Of a stretch of DNA of 64,000 nucleotides, positions 1 through 11,100 are shown piece after piece; the first letter of the stretch is position 1; each line of letters starts with the position of its first letter. Both the position numbers and the translations under genes were made by a program. The notes under the pieces are model-generated. The model worked only from the letters and a program-made list of their open reading frames with translations. It searched no databases and was not told the DNA's origin. This DNA is from a virus (taxonomy: Duplodnaviria > Caudoviricetes): IMG/VR virus record IMGVR_UViG_3300026549_000034, positions 96,001-160,000 of that record. The stretch is one strand, 5' to 3'.

Positions 1-111
1 TTCCTGTAGATGTATATGAATATGCATACACAAAACAAGGATATTATATTATGCATATAATTCATGATAAAGAATTTTTTGAAATATTTGGATGAATAAT
101 TAAAAGAAAGA

Positions 112-1341
112 ATGAACAAAGAATCAAGATGTAGTTTTTGTGGAAGATCAAACGTACAAATTATTGAAAGTGAAATAGACGGTGTAAAATCATATATATG
201 TAAAGATTGTGCACAAATAGCATTAGGACTATTCAATCAAGTAGAACATAAAATAGAAAACGATGAAAACTATCAGTCTGAACATGAACTAAGACATATA
301 TTTGATAGCACTGTTCCAAAACCTCGAGAAATAAAAGAATATTTAGATCAATATATAATAGGACAAGATCGAGTAAAGGAAAGAATTGCCGTTGCAGTAT
401 ATAATCATTTTAAAAGAATCAATAATGCTAATTCAGATATAGAAATTGATAAAAGTAATATTTTAATTTGTGGACCGACAGGAAGTGGAAAATCACTTAT
501 AGCCCGTACAATCGCTAAAATGCTTAATGTACCATTTGCTATAGCAGATGCAACGGTTTTGACAGAATCAGGATATGTTGGTGAAGATGTAGAATCAGTA
601 TTAGTAAGATTATATCAAGCTGCTGATTATGATGTTGAACGTACAGAACGAGGCATAGTATTTATTGATGAAATTGATAAGATTGCCAGAAAGAATGGTA
701 ATCCAAGTATAACTCGTGATGTAAGTGGTGAAGGTGTACAACAAGGACTTTTGAAATTACTTGAAGATAGTATTGTAAATATTCCTCCTAAAGGCGGAAG
801 AAAACATCCTGATCAGCCATTAGTTTCTATTAATACAAAGAATATATTGTTTATATGTGCAGGTGCTTTTATAGGTTTGGAAGAAATAATTAAACGTCGT
901 TGTCACAAAAGTACAATTGGATTTAATTCAAAGAATGATGATAAAACAAAAAAAGATAAAGATTATATGAATAATCTTAATGCATTAGACTTAAAGACGT
1001 TTGGATTAATTCCTGAAATTCTTGGGCGTCTTCCAGTAATTACATATACAGATGAATTGGACAAGACTGCACTAAAGAGAATATTGACAGAACCAAAAAA
1101 TGCTCTCGTAAAACAATATCAAGAATTATTTAAAATGGATGGTATTAAATTAGAATTTAAGGAATCTGCTCTTGACTATATTGTTGAACATACAATAGAA
1201 AATAAACTTGGTGCACGTGGACTTAGGGGTACAATGGAAACAGTAATGAATAAAGCAATGTTTAATCTACCAAGTGAAAATAGACAAAGTGACATATTGA
1301 TTATTGATAAAAAATATGTAAAGAAATATTTAAAAAATTAA
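112..1341 (+). CDS. clpX: ATP-dependent Clp protease ATP-binding subunit ClpX
   Basis: C4 zinc finger (CSFC...CKDC), Walker [13 protein letters not shown] pore loop, Walker B FIDEIDK, GGRKHP loop, IGF ClpP-docking loop, GARGLR sensor II. Confidence 0.96.
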   Translation: MNKESRCSFCGRSNVQIIESEIDGVKSYICKDCAQIALGLFNQVEHKIENDENYQSEHELRHIFDSTVPKPREIKEYLDQYIIGQDRVKERIAVAVYNHFKRINNANSDIEIDKSNILICGPTGSGKSLIARTIAKMLNVPFAIADATVLTESGYVGEDVESVLVRLYQAADYDVERTERGIVFIDEIDKIARKNGNPSITRDVSGEGVQQGLLKLLEDSIVNIPPKGGRKHPDQPLVSINTKNILFICAGAFIGLEEIIKRRCHKSTIGFNSKNDDKTKKDKDYMNNLNALDLKTFGLIPEILGRLPVITYTDELDKTALKRILTEPKNALVKQYQELFKMDGIKLEFKESALDYIVEHTIENKLGARGLRGTMETVMNKAMFNLPSENRQSDILIIDKKYVKKYLKN

Positions 1342-1367
1342 AAGGAAGAACTTAAGTTCTTCCTTTT
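1340..1367. terminator. Bidirectional intrinsic terminator (perfect 28-bp palindrome, CTTAAG centre)
   Basis: AAAAGGAAGAACTTAAGTTCTTCCTTTT between convergent genes, with A and T tails. Confidence 0.85.
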
Positions 1368-1390
1368 TTTAATTTTATTTAGTTTTTTAA

Positions 1391-2431
1391 TTATTCTCCA
1401 CGTGAGTTATCATCTTCAACATCTTCTTCATCGTTTATTCTCTTGTCAACTTCATTAGATATGTCATTATTCATATTCATTTTTACTCCTTCATCCTTTT
1501 CATCATCCTTTTTCTTTTCATCATCTTTATCTTCATGTTTACGAGGCTTTCTTTCACCAGTAATCTTGAATACTGCAGGATCATCTGTTTCTTCTGCACC
1601 AAAGATATCAAGAATGTTGTGAAGTAATGTATCTACATCTTTAGGTAGTTTAACAATTGATTCTTTATCCCAATCTTGCACCCATATAGCATCATCACCA
1701 GAACCGAATATATGCATTAATGAACGTACATTTTCAATAGTTCCAATATTATGAGGCAATTTCTTAGAATGTTTCCAACGTAATGCAATTGCTTCGGTAC
1801 CATTCTTAAATTTAATACCAGCAAAATAATATTCATCAGGAAGATCCATTTGTTTTGATACTAATTCATCAAGTTGTTTAGCGGCTTTTACTTTATCACC
1901 ATCATTAAGTAAATCCATTATTTCTTTTACTTGAGTATCTTCCATTTCTTCTTCATCATTAGAATCTTCTTTCAATATTACTTGATTAATTTCAATTTCA
2001 TTAATGTTTGATTCTTTCATTTCACAAGGACATGGACAATTATCTACATATGAACCGTCACCAGTTGCAGCTTTAATGTCAGCAGGTCCAAAATAAACAA
2101 TATAGTATCCTCCAAGATTTATGTCTGTTCTTTTTGTAAGACCTTGTGATGTCAAATAATAAGATAATGTTGAACAATCATAAGTTGAATCATAATACAA
2201 AGGAAGATACAATAAATCATCAATTGCCTTTTTAGATGTAAATCTAGAACTTGTTAACTTAATTGAGAAACCATCTTCAGCAACAGATGCAACTATACTT
2301 AATCTTACACAAAATAAATTATTGATATTTGTCAATATATTCTGTACTGGTGTATAATGATTTGTTACACCCAATGCATTTCCAGGATTTTTTTCTGCAA
2401 ATGTTTCAGTTATTTCAGTAAATTTTTTCAT
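1391..2431 (-). CDS. Hypothetical protein, acidic C-terminus, possible head-associated protein
   Basis: 346-aa ORF; leader MKKFTEITE; TATTTTTAAATA motif upstream (2462-2473). Confidence 0.6.
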   Translation of the reverse strand: MKKFTEITETFAEKNPGNALGVTNHYTPVQNILTNINNLFCVRLSIVASVAEDGFSIKLTSSRFTSKKAIDDLLYLPLYYDSTYDCSTLSYYLTSQGLTKRTDINLGGYYIVYFGPADIKAATGDGSYVDNCPCPCEMKESNINEIEINQVILKEDSNDEEEMEDTQVKEIMDLLNDGDKVKAAKQLDELVSKQMDLPDEYYFAGIKFKNGTEAIALRWKHSKKLPHNIGTIENVRSLMHIFGSGDDAIWVQDWDKESIVKLPKDVDTLLHNILDIFGAEETDDPAVFKITGERKPRKHEDKDDEKKKDDEKDEGVKMNMNNDISNEVDKRINDEEDVEDDNSRGE

Positions 2432-2585
2432 AATAGTTTTCTATTTTATTATATATATTACTATTTAAAAATAAATTTAATTTGTGAACGGATAATAAAA
2501 AGTTTATTTTATATGAAACTTTAACATCAAAAAATACTATAATTAAAATACAAACTATTAATTAACATTTTAAAAAAGAAAAATC

Positions 2586-3023
2586 ATGAATAATAGCAAT
2601 TTTTTGTCAAAAGAGTTAGTTAACACATTTGCATATACTACAGCAACTAAGAATAGAGATGCATATACAAATGTATGTATTAATGGTCGTAATTATATTA
2701 AGTTAGGTACACTCCAAGCTGTAACGATTGTAGGTAACTTGTATAAAGTAAACAATAATGGTAATATTGAATATGTATTACTTGCTGGTATGTCAAAGCA
2801 GCATCCATGTGATTCTAAGGTAAACAAGGAAATGGGATATGAACTTGCCAATGAAAACGCAAATACAAATCCATTCTTAATTATGAAAGTATCAAGGAAT
2901 TTTGCTAAGACTGCATTTGTTAATATGATGGCAAACTATATTGATAGCATGAAATTGGAATTTGTAAAGACAACGCAGGAAATATTAGCAGAAGGTATTG
3001 ATAAAGAAATATATGACAGATAA
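2586..3023 (+). CDS. Hypothetical protein
   Basis: 145-aa ORF, first of a co-directional run. Confidence 0.7.
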   Translation: MNNSNFLSKELVNTFAYTTATKNRDAYTNVCINGRNYIKLGTLQAVTIVGNLYKVNNNGNIEYVLLAGMSKQHPCDSKVNKEMGYELANENANTNPFLIMKVSRNFAKTAFVNMMANYIDSMKLEFVKTTQEILAEGIDKEIYDR

Positions 3024-3029
3024 TTTTTT

Positions 3030-3644
3030 ATGGATAATCAACAAAACATAAACAACAAGTTTGGTTATTGTGAAATGTATGAATGGGCAAAAATACCAAA
3101 AATACCGTCATTATTTGGTAGGATTGTTCAATTTGATAAAACATATACCCATACAATAAAATTAGCTGAAAATACTGAAAATATAGTAGGCATTACAACA
3201 ATTAATTCAACTATTGATTCTGATAGTTATCCATATTGGCCTAATATGTTTTTATATAATGAATATGGAGACATTTACATAACTAATGCTAATGTTGCTT
3301 TAGCTAAGACAGAATATGATGATGTTAATGAAATATCATATATCAAGACATATAAGCAAGAAACATATGATCCAATAGTAAATGAAAATTATGATAGCAA
3401 TAAACAGTATATACCTCGCCAAAATCGAAAAGAATGGATTCGCGTATGTCTATTAGGAAAATGTATTGTTGAAGATGACGGTAATTGTAAAGCTGGTGAA
3501 TATTGTACTTTATATTCTGGTAATGATGAATCTAAGTTTGGAACAGTAGTACCTGCAAAGAAATCTGATAAATTCAAACTTTATGTTCAATATAGAGTTT
3601 CAGAAAAAACAATATTAGTATTTAATAAGCCATATTATGAATAA
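3030..3644 (+). CDS. Stand-alone peptidase G2 / intramolecular chaperone (IMC)-like domain protein
   Basis: GYCEMYEW near the N-terminus and YIPRQNRKEWIRVCLLGKCIVEDDGNCKAGEYC match the phi29 gp12-type IMC pattern. Confidence 0.7.
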   Translation: MDNQQNINNKFGYCEMYEWAKIPKIPSLFGRIVQFDKTYTHTIKLAENTENIVGITTINSTIDSDSYPYWPNMFLYNEYGDIYITNANVALAKTEYDDVNEISYIKTYKQETYDPIVNENYDSNKQYIPRQNRKEWIRVCLLGKCIVEDDGNCKAGEYCTLYSGNDESKFGTVVPAKKSDKFKLYVQYRVSEKTILVFNKPYYE

Positions 3645-3646
3645 TT

Positions 3647-4633
3647 ATGAATAAGAAAGTAGTAAGTATAATAACAACATTCTATAATGCTGAAACATAT
3701 ATTGATCAGGCATTGTTAAGCGTAGTAAATCAGGAAATTAATGATACATTTGAAATAGAATATATATTAATTAATGATTGTTCTACAGATAATTCATTAA
3801 AAATTGCCACCGAAATAAAAAATAACTATGAGTCTCGAAAGGGGTTGACAATAAAAATATTTACACCAGAAAGTAATCTTGGTTGTGGTGGTGCCAGAAA
3901 GTTTGGTATAAGTAAGGCAACAGGTGATTATTTTATGTTTTTAGATGCCGATGATTACTATATAAATTTTGATTTTGTAAAACGTGCAATAAAAGATATA
4001 GAAGAAAATGATGCAGATATAGTAGAATATGGAGTTCTATTCAATACAAATAATGGGCAATCTCAAAACATGGTCGTACAATCTAAAAAGGAGTATTGTA
4101 ATGGCTCATTAGGAGTATTTATGATATTCCACAATAATACTATAAAATTTAATGTATGGTCAAAAATATATACAAGGGCTATTATAGATTCATATCCGTA
4201 TGATGACAGTAGAGAATATGAGGACATTCGTACAATTCCAATGTGGGTATATAATGCTAAAAAAATAGTTGTAATGCCTACAGTTGAAATCAATTATAGA
4301 GCAGCTGCAAATTCTATTATTCGTGAAGATGGCATAAAATCAAGAATAGGTACAATTACTGCAATGACTGAAATGTGCGAACATTTTAAGAATGACAAAA
4401 ACATTGTTAAAGCATTATATAAGCGTGCAATGATTGACTTAAGTGCAGTTCTTCTTAATAATAGTTCAAAAGATGAATCATTCAATATTATGTCAAGATT
4501 AAATACTAAATTATTGTCATATATATATCCCGATACATATAAAGACATAACATATAATATCGAAGATGATCATATTGAAGATGATCATATTGAAGATGAA
4601 GAAAATAACTTAGAGGTTAAAAATATAACTTAA
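3647..4633 (+). CDS. Glycosyltransferase family 2
   Basis: SIITTFYNAE, INDCSTD, NLGCGGAR, FLDADD (DxD), YEDI motifs; 15-nt tandem repeat (EDDHI x2) near the 3' end. Confidence 0.9.
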   Translation: MNKKVVSIITTFYNAETYIDQALLSVVNQEINDTFEIEYILINDCSTDNSLKIATEIKNNYESRKGLTIKIFTPESNLGCGGARKFGISKATGDYFMFLDADDYYINFDFVKRAIKDIEENDADIVEYGVLFNTNNGQSQNMVVQSKKEYCNGSLGVFMIFHNNTIKFNVWSKIYTRAIIDSYPYDDSREYEDIRTIPMWVYNAKKIVVMPTVEINYRAAANSIIREDGIKSRIGTITAMTEMCEHFKNDKNIVKALYKRAMIDLSAVLLNNSSKDESFNIMSRLNTKLLSYIYPDTYKDITYNIEDDHIEDDHIEDEENNLEVKNIT

Positions 4634-4675
4634 TATTAACAATTTTAAATTATACAATAACATAAATTATTAAAA

Positions 4676-5197
4676 ATGAAAAATAATACAATAAGATTTA
4701 CAAAGATAAGAGATGTTAAATCACCAACAAGAAATGAAGGTGATGCTGGTAGTGATTTTTATGTCCCAGAATATTCTGAAGAATTCATTGAAGTATTAAA
4801 AGAGAAAAATAAGAAAAATACTATCAATTTATTAAAAGATGAACAGGCGTTAGAAATAGCTCCTCATTCTCAAATACTCATCCCTGCAGGTATTAAGGTT
4901 GATATATTAGACAAAACAACATATATTGATTTTGAGAATAAGTCAGGTATAGCAACAAATAATGAACTTTTAGTAGGTGCACAAGTTATTGATTCAATAT
5001 ATCAAGGTGAAGTTCATATTAATGTTCATAATGTATCTAATAAATGGCAAAAAATAAAATTTGGTCAAAAACTTATTCAAGGAATTCAAAAAGAATATAG
5101 AAGTACTCAATGGGTTGAAATTTCTAATGAAGAATATGACAATATAGAGACATCAATTCGTGGTGAAGGTGGATTTGGATCAACAGGTCTAGTATAA
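4676..5197 (+). CDS. dut: dUTP diphosphatase (trimeric)
   Basis: AGSDF, NKSG, VIDSIYQGE, QKLIQ and C-terminal RGEGGFGSTG motifs. Confidence 0.92.
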   Translation: MKNNTIRFTKIRDVKSPTRNEGDAGSDFYVPEYSEEFIEVLKEKNKKNTINLLKDEQALEIAPHSQILIPAGIKVDILDKTTYIDFENKSGIATNNELLVGAQVIDSIYQGEVHINVHNVSNKWQKIKFGQKLIQGIQKEYRSTQWVEISNEEYDNIETSIRGEGGFGSTGLV

Positions 5198-5218
5198 AAT
5201 AAATTATATAGATAAAAA

Positions 5219-5575
5219 ATGAAGAGAAAACTTATATATGTTAGTCTTCCTATTGCTGGAGTGGAAGATACAGTATATAGAAGAAATGAAGAAGCAAAAA
5301 CAATACTTTTACAGTTAGGGTATGATATTGTTTCTCCAATAGACACTAATGGTATTAATAATGAAGATCTAAAAACACATACACAATTAGAAAAAACAGC
5401 ATATTACATGGGTAAAGATATTGAACATGTTATATTATGTGATGGAATATGTATGTGTTATGGGTGGGAAAATTCAAAAGGATGTAAAGTTGAAAAATAT
5501 ACTGCAGAAGTATATGATAAAGAAATATTATATCTAAGTGATTTGATTGAAAACTATTACAAAGGAGAAGCTTAA
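5219..5575 (+). CDS. DUF4406-like protein (nucleoside deoxyribosyltransferase-like fold)
   Basis: IYVSLPIAG ... YMGKDI ... CDGI ... GWENSKGCKVE pattern. Confidence 0.75.
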   Translation: MKRKLIYVSLPIAGVEDTVYRRNEEAKTILLQLGYDIVSPIDTNGINNEDLKTHTQLEKTAYYMGKDIEHVILCDGICMCYGWENSKGCKVEKYTAEVYDKEILYLSDLIENYYKGEA

Positions 5576-5586
5576 GCTTCTCCTTT
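5561..5586. terminator. Bidirectional terminator (perfect 26-bp palindrome, CTTAAG centre)
   Basis: AAAGGAGAAGCTTAAGCTTCTCCTTT between convergent genes. Confidence 0.85.
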
Positions 5587-5594
5587 TTTATGTA

Positions 5595-6047
5595 TTAATA
5601 TTTAATATTGTATAAGTTTAAATAGTTATCATATGCAACATAATATTGCTTATAATTTGCATATTTCTTATGACACCAAACAATATAAGAATGCAAAAAA
5701 TTAAGTGTAATACCATTTTCTGATAAACGTTTATCAATTTCATTACCAAATACTTTAATTGCATCATCCCATTCCATAAACACCGCAGCTAACCATCTTC
5801 TAACTAGTTTATTGTTGTCTTTTATGCTATTTACAAGTCTAGTTGGATTTGAACCTTTTTTTCTATATTGTTCCATTTTTTGTTTATCTTGATATTCTAT
5901 TGTAGGTGTTTTTGAAAATTTCAATTCATAAAATTTGGATTTTATGGTATTTTCATAATCTTCATAAGGAATAAGCTTTGGACTTTTCGACAAATCAATA
6001 TCTTTAATATTTAATTTTTCTATGAGGATGTCCTTTAAATTTTTCAT
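5595..6047 (-). CDS. Hypothetical protein with EKLNIK leader (putative internal head protein)
   Basis: Start re-called to ATG 6047 (MKNLKDILIEKLNIKDI), matching the shared leader family; the longer ORF overlaps the divergent gene and its promoter. Confidence 0.7.
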   Translation of the reverse strand: MKNLKDILIEKLNIKDIDLSKSPKLIPYEDYENTIKSKFYELKFSKTPTIEYQDKQKMEQYRKKGSNPTRLVNSIKDNNKLVRRWLAAVFMEWDDAIKVFGNEIDKRLSENGITLNFLHSYIVWCHKKYANYKQYYVAYDNYLNLYNIKY

Positions 6048-6054
6048 ATATAAT

Positions 6055-6083
6055 TTGAATTTTATTTCTACAGTTACTATATT
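6055..6083 (+). promoter_or_regulatory. Class A promoter candidate TTGAAT-N17-TATATT
   Basis: Exact 17-bp spacing; motif recurs upstream of several + strand genes. Confidence 0.65.
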
Positions 6084-6109
6084 ACTATATATTAAAAATA
6101 AAAAAATAT

Positions 6110-6373
6110 ATGAGTAAGAAAATTCTTTCACCGGAACAGGAAATGCTTAACAAGGTACAAGGCCTTTATGAAAAGCAAAGAAACAAAAAATTCAATTATA
6201 ATATTGAAGATTTTGAAATGAAAGACAACAAGTGGAAACATAAGACTTGGAACACTTGGTTGATTGGTGGTAATAGTTACAAAGAAACTATAAAAGTAAT
6301 TCAAAGGTATATTAATGAATGCAATAAGCCGTTAGAAGAAAGAAATTTGTCATTTATTCATTTAGCACATTAA
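6110..6373 (+). CDS. Hypothetical protein
   Basis: 87-aa ORF downstream of a class A promoter. Confidence 0.7.
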   Translation: MSKKILSPEQEMLNKVQGLYEKQRNKKFNYNIEDFEMKDNKWKHKTWNTWLIGGNSYKETIKVIQRYINECNKPLEERNLSFIHLAH

Positions 6374-6380
6374 AAAATCT

Positions 6381-6779
6381 ATGATTACTGTTAAAGAACT
6401 TAGAAACATGCTTTTGAGTTGCCCTGAGGATTGGAATATAGAATTTCGTAAGTGGGAACATGGAAATCCAGAAGATTTTATGAAAAGGAATCATTATCCT
6501 ATGCCTAATTTGGTTAGCATCCAAATAAAAGAGGTTGTAACCAAGGCAAATAATGATCACGAATGGATTAATCATACATTTATTGTTGAAGATGATTTTG
6601 AAGATAACTTCATAATGAATAGGGATGAAATGATTGAATTTTTCTGTGGAGGTTTGGCTGATTATGAATTGATTTCATTTGAATTGAAGACAGAAGAAGG
6701 TAATATTCCCTTAACTATTGAAGTTGGTGACAAGGGTTATAGTGATAAAATAATGATGATTAACTTAGAAGAAAATTAA
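6381..6779 (+). CDS. Hypothetical protein
   Basis: 132-aa acidic ORF. Confidence 0.7.
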   Translation: MITVKELRNMLLSCPEDWNIEFRKWEHGNPEDFMKRNHYPMPNLVSIQIKEVVTKANNDHEWINHTFIVEDDFEDNFIMNRDEMIEFFCGGLADYELISFELKTEEGNIPLTIEVGDKGYSDKIMMINLEEN

Positions 6780-6890
6780 AAATTATGTGAATTTTATTTA
6801 AATATTTCAACATTAATATTCAATTTTAATATCAACAAACTTATAAAAACAAATATATTTTTTAATTACAAACTTTAAATTTTTTAAATT

Positions 6891-7961
6891 ATGAAGAAAA
6901 TTTTTGTTATGATGATGGCTCTTGTAATGAGCCTTGGTATGAACGCACAGATCGCAACAGAGAATGCAAAGGTGCTTGATAATACTTTTGTTACTGTTAA
7001 TGGCGGTGTTGCAACTCCTCTTGATTTTAATTCAGTATTTCCATTGAATGCATCTGCAGGTCTTGCTGTTGGTAAGATGTTTACTCCTGTATGGGGTGCA
7101 GAAGTTGAAGGAACTGCTTGGTTTGGCAGCCATTTCTTTGGTGATGCAAATTCTCGTTTTGATTGGTATGGAACTGGTCATAATGTAGTTCGTGGTACTT
7201 ATGTAGGAGTAAATGGTCTTGTTAATTTGACTAATTTGTTTGCTGGATATAAGGGTACTCCACGTACATTTGAAGTAAGTACAGTTCTTGGTACAGGATG
7301 GGCTCATACATTTGCAGCAAATGCAGATGATGCTACAAGTAATGATCTTGCAGTAAAGACAGGTCTTGATTTTGCATTTAATCTTGGTAAGACAAAGGCT
7401 CATACAGTCAGTGTACGTCCTGCAGTACTTTGGAACGTTACAGCTAAGGAACTTCCTCGTACAATGGGTGCACAATTTGATAAGCGTGGTGCTCAGCTTT
7501 ATCTTGGGGTAGCATATACATATCATTTCAAGACAAGTAATAAGACACATCACTTTAAGACATATGATGTAGGTGCTATGATGGATGAAATCAATATGCT
7601 TAAGGAGGATCTTGCTAAGAAGCCTAAGCAGGTAGTTGTAGAAAAGGTAGTTGAAAAGGTTGTAGAAAAGGAAGTTGCAACAGATACTAATGTTACAGTA
7701 TATTTTACTAAGGGTTCTGCAAAACTTTCAGATAATGCAAAGGCTGCTCTTGATAAGCTTGGACAAAATGCAGTTGTAGATGTAAAGGGCTATGCAGATG
7801 AAGTAGGTCCTGAAAAGTTTAATCAGACTCTTTCAGAGAAGCGTGCAAAGACAGTAGCAGATTATCTTGAAAGCCGTGGTCTTAAGGTTAATACAACAAC
7901 TGGCTATGGTGAAACAGGAGATGTAGTAGCAAGAGTAGTTGTAGTAAGCTCTGCAAAGTAA
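6891..7961 (+). CDS. ompA: OmpA family outer membrane protein (Bacteroidales-type)
   Basis: Signal peptide MKKIFVMMMALVMSLGMNA-Q, beta-barrel region ending LGVAYTYHF, VVEKVVEK linker, OmpA C-terminal domain GYADEVG...NQTLSEKRAKTVADYL. Confidence 0.88.
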   Translation: MKKIFVMMMALVMSLGMNAQIATENAKVLDNTFVTVNGGVATPLDFNSVFPLNASAGLAVGKMFTPVWGAEVEGTAWFGSHFFGDANSRFDWYGTGHNVVRGTYVGVNGLVNLTNLFAGYKGTPRTFEVSTVLGTGWAHTFAANADDATSNDLAVKTGLDFAFNLGKTKAHTVSVRPAVLWNVTAKELPRTMGAQFDKRGAQLYLGVAYTYHFKTSNKTHHFKTYDVGAMMDEINMLKEDLAKKPKQVVVEKVVEKVVEKEVATDTNVTVYFTKGSAKLSDNAKAALDKLGQNAVVDVKGYADEVGPEKFNQTLSEKRAKTVADYLESRGLKVNTTTGYGETGDVVARVVVVSSAK

Positions 7962-7993
7962 AAAGTAGAATATATATTTTACTATAAAAAATG

Positions 7994-8019
7994 AAAGAAC
8001 TGACACATGTCAGTTCTTT
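7994..8019 (+). terminator. Intrinsic terminator hairpin
   Basis: AAAGAACTGACA-CA-TGTCAGTTCTTT followed by T. Confidence 0.75.
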
Positions 8020-8057
8020 TTGTTGTTATATATGCATGAAAAATAAAATATAAGATA

Positions 8058-8069
8058 TATTTTTAATTA
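8058..8069 (+). promoter_or_regulatory. Class B (late-type) promoter candidate TATTTTTAATTA
   Basis: Same 12-mer lies about 20-45 nt upstream of many structural and leader-bearing genes. Confidence 0.55.
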
Positions 8070-8107
8070 TATATAAATGATTTATCATATAAGATTTAAT
8101 ATATAAC

Positions 8108-11100
8108 ATGGCAGATTATAGTAATTTAATATCAGCACTTAATGATAAAGGTGTAAATGTAAATGTTAGAAATAGTAAAATACATACCCCATCAGATCAA
8201 GACGGCAAACAAGAAGAATTAAAGGTTGAATATGATTTGATGGATTTAATCTGTGGTATTGCTGGTGCAGCATTATTTGGTAAAACTAATATGAATGATG
8301 CTACCAAATTAAGTAGTTTAATAAGTGGTGATATGTCCCAAAAATCATTATATTCTCATGTTAAACAAATTAGAAATATTTTAGAAGGTACTGAAAGTAA
8401 ACCACTGTATGTTAGATTAAATGATAAAATTACAAATACAGACAAAAGTATAAATATTAGTGGTAATATGTCTGAAAAAATATTATTTGAATATGTTCAA
8501 AAAATTCATAATATTTTAGAAGGTGCTACTGAAAGAAAACCATTATATGTTAAACTTAGTGATAAAACGATAGGAGGTTCAGTACAAAATATTTCATTTA
8601 GTGGATCTGGTAATATTGCTGATACTTTTGCTTCATTAATAGATAAATTAAAAAAAGGTGAAGGAATTAATACAGGAATTGTAAAATATTTTGAAAAATC
8701 ATTAAAACATGGTGGTGATTTATATAATATCTTTGAAAACTTAGGTAAAATAGGAAATAATAATAAATATAAAGAAATACAAGAATATGTATATAATTTA
8801 AATTCTATAATTGAATCATTAATTAAATTGACAGATATAGGATTAATAGCAAGATTAAGAATAAGAATAAATTTAAACTTTATTAAAAACTATATTAATA
8901 ATGATTTATTAGAAATAATAAAAGATATTGATAATAACTTTAAAAATTTAGATTCACATAAAATACAAGGTTTAAATAATGTAAGTGAATTATTTGATAT
9001 TGTTTCTACATTAGGACAACTTGATATAACTGATAGAATAAAAATGTATCGTAACTTAAAATTTATTAAACACTTTTTATTTAAAGATATATTAAGCATA
9101 TTTGAAGGAATTAATAATACATTTGATAATGATATTACAGAAACAAGTGTAGAAACAATAAATGGTTTATTTGGTAGTATAATTAACAATGTATCTATTA
9201 AAAAGGAATTAATTGATAATGCAGAAAATTCTGTTAATTCTATAGGAATTTTACTTGCTGGCAATGATAAGAAATTTGATGAAACTAATTTAGAAGGAAT
9301 AATAGGTATTGCAAATATAGTTAATAGACTAAATCCAATATTTGAAAAATCGGCATTAAGTTTAGATAATATAAAATCATATTTTGATGAATTACAAACA
9401 ATAATAAATGGTATTATACAAGATAATGTTACAACAAGTATAAAATTATTATATGATGAAGTAGATACATTATCTAATGCATTATCTGGTTTTAGCACAA
9501 TAGATTCAAAAGCATTTAATAAAACTATATCTGAAATAATTAAAACACTTACTAAATTAAACGAGAAATTAAAGGGAGAAAATTATTTTGATTCATTATT
9601 AACAAAACTTAGTATAACAAAAGATACTGCTGATGATTTAAATAACACAATAGAAATATTAAATGGAATATCTACAATATCATTTGAATCTGATAAGTTA
9701 ATTAAATTCTTTGAGGATCTAAAAAAAATTGAAACCATATTAAGTAAATTTGCAGCCAATAGAAAAATAACATCATTAGGAATTGAATCATTAAATAGTT
9801 TATCTGAAAAATTAACTGTTTTAATAGAATCATTTAATAAAATTAAACCTGAAACAATTAAACAAATTACTAAGTTAGTACAGGAAGTAGAAAAATTCTT
9901 ACTTATATCAGCAGGTTTACTTATTATAGTTGGATTAATAGGACATAATCTTAGTTTTGAAGATATACTTAAATATATTGGCGTAACTACATTATTGTTG
10001 ATAGTTATTGGTGGATTTATAACTTTATTAAATATTATTCCACTAAAAGCAATAAAAAGAGCATATAAAATATTAAATAGTATTTCATCTCTTATTAAGC
10101 AAACAGCTATAGCATTTGGTATAATTGCATTGGTGTCTAAATTAACTAAGCCTCAAGATATAATTTGGTTTGAAATATTATTTAGCACATTATTGTTTGT
10201 GATTGGTGAAATAACACTTAATTTAAAACAATTTAAGTATGCTAAAGAAGAAAAAACCGTTAGTGATTTTTCATCATTAATACTTTCATTAAGTGCTGCA
10301 TTAGCGTTAGGGGCATTAGTATCTAAATTTATACATATTGATGAAATTTTAACATTTGGTGCTTTACTTGCTGGTTTAATTGTTGCCGTTTCAATTCCAC
10401 TATTATTACTTTCTGTTAGTGGCGGTACAATGATTGAAGGTGCACATGATTTAGGACTACTTATATTAGAATGTACTGTGGGACTTCTTATTGGTGCATT
10501 ATTTATAAATAACCCTGATATTAAAAAAGGTGTTGATGAATTTATATGGACATATTTAGGTTTTGTTAGCGGTATTTTATTGGCAGTTGGAATAGCATCC
10601 AGAATTGCAGGTAACGGTGGGTTGGAAGGAATAAAAGGATTATCAAAAGTCATATTATTTGCAACTGGTGCTATGCTTATAGGTGCTTTTTTATTCAGTG
10701 ATGAAAAAATAAAAGAGGACATAATACAATTTGCTCTAACATTAGGATTATTTATTGGACTTGTAAGTATTGCAGTAGGATTCGGTATTAAATTAATGGG
10801 TGAAAATCCAATGAAGACTATTATTGCGTTAAATGTATTAATAGTAACTATAGCAGGTATGATGACATTTGCCGCTTATGTCATTAAAGATATAGATAAA
10901 TCACTATTATGGAATTTTATAGGACAAGTATTTACACTTATACTTGGTATGTCTGGTATTGTACTATTACTTAGTAAAATAGACAATGAAAAATTAAAAG
11001 CTGGTATTATTGCAATATCAATTATAGGACTTATTGTAATGGGATTTGGATTAGTATTTAGTATATTATATAAAACTTTATCTGATTCACAAGTTAATCA

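Noticed and set aside
7032-7553. Cys-rich antisense ORF within ompA
   Set aside because: Explained by GCA/ACA codon bias of the sense gene
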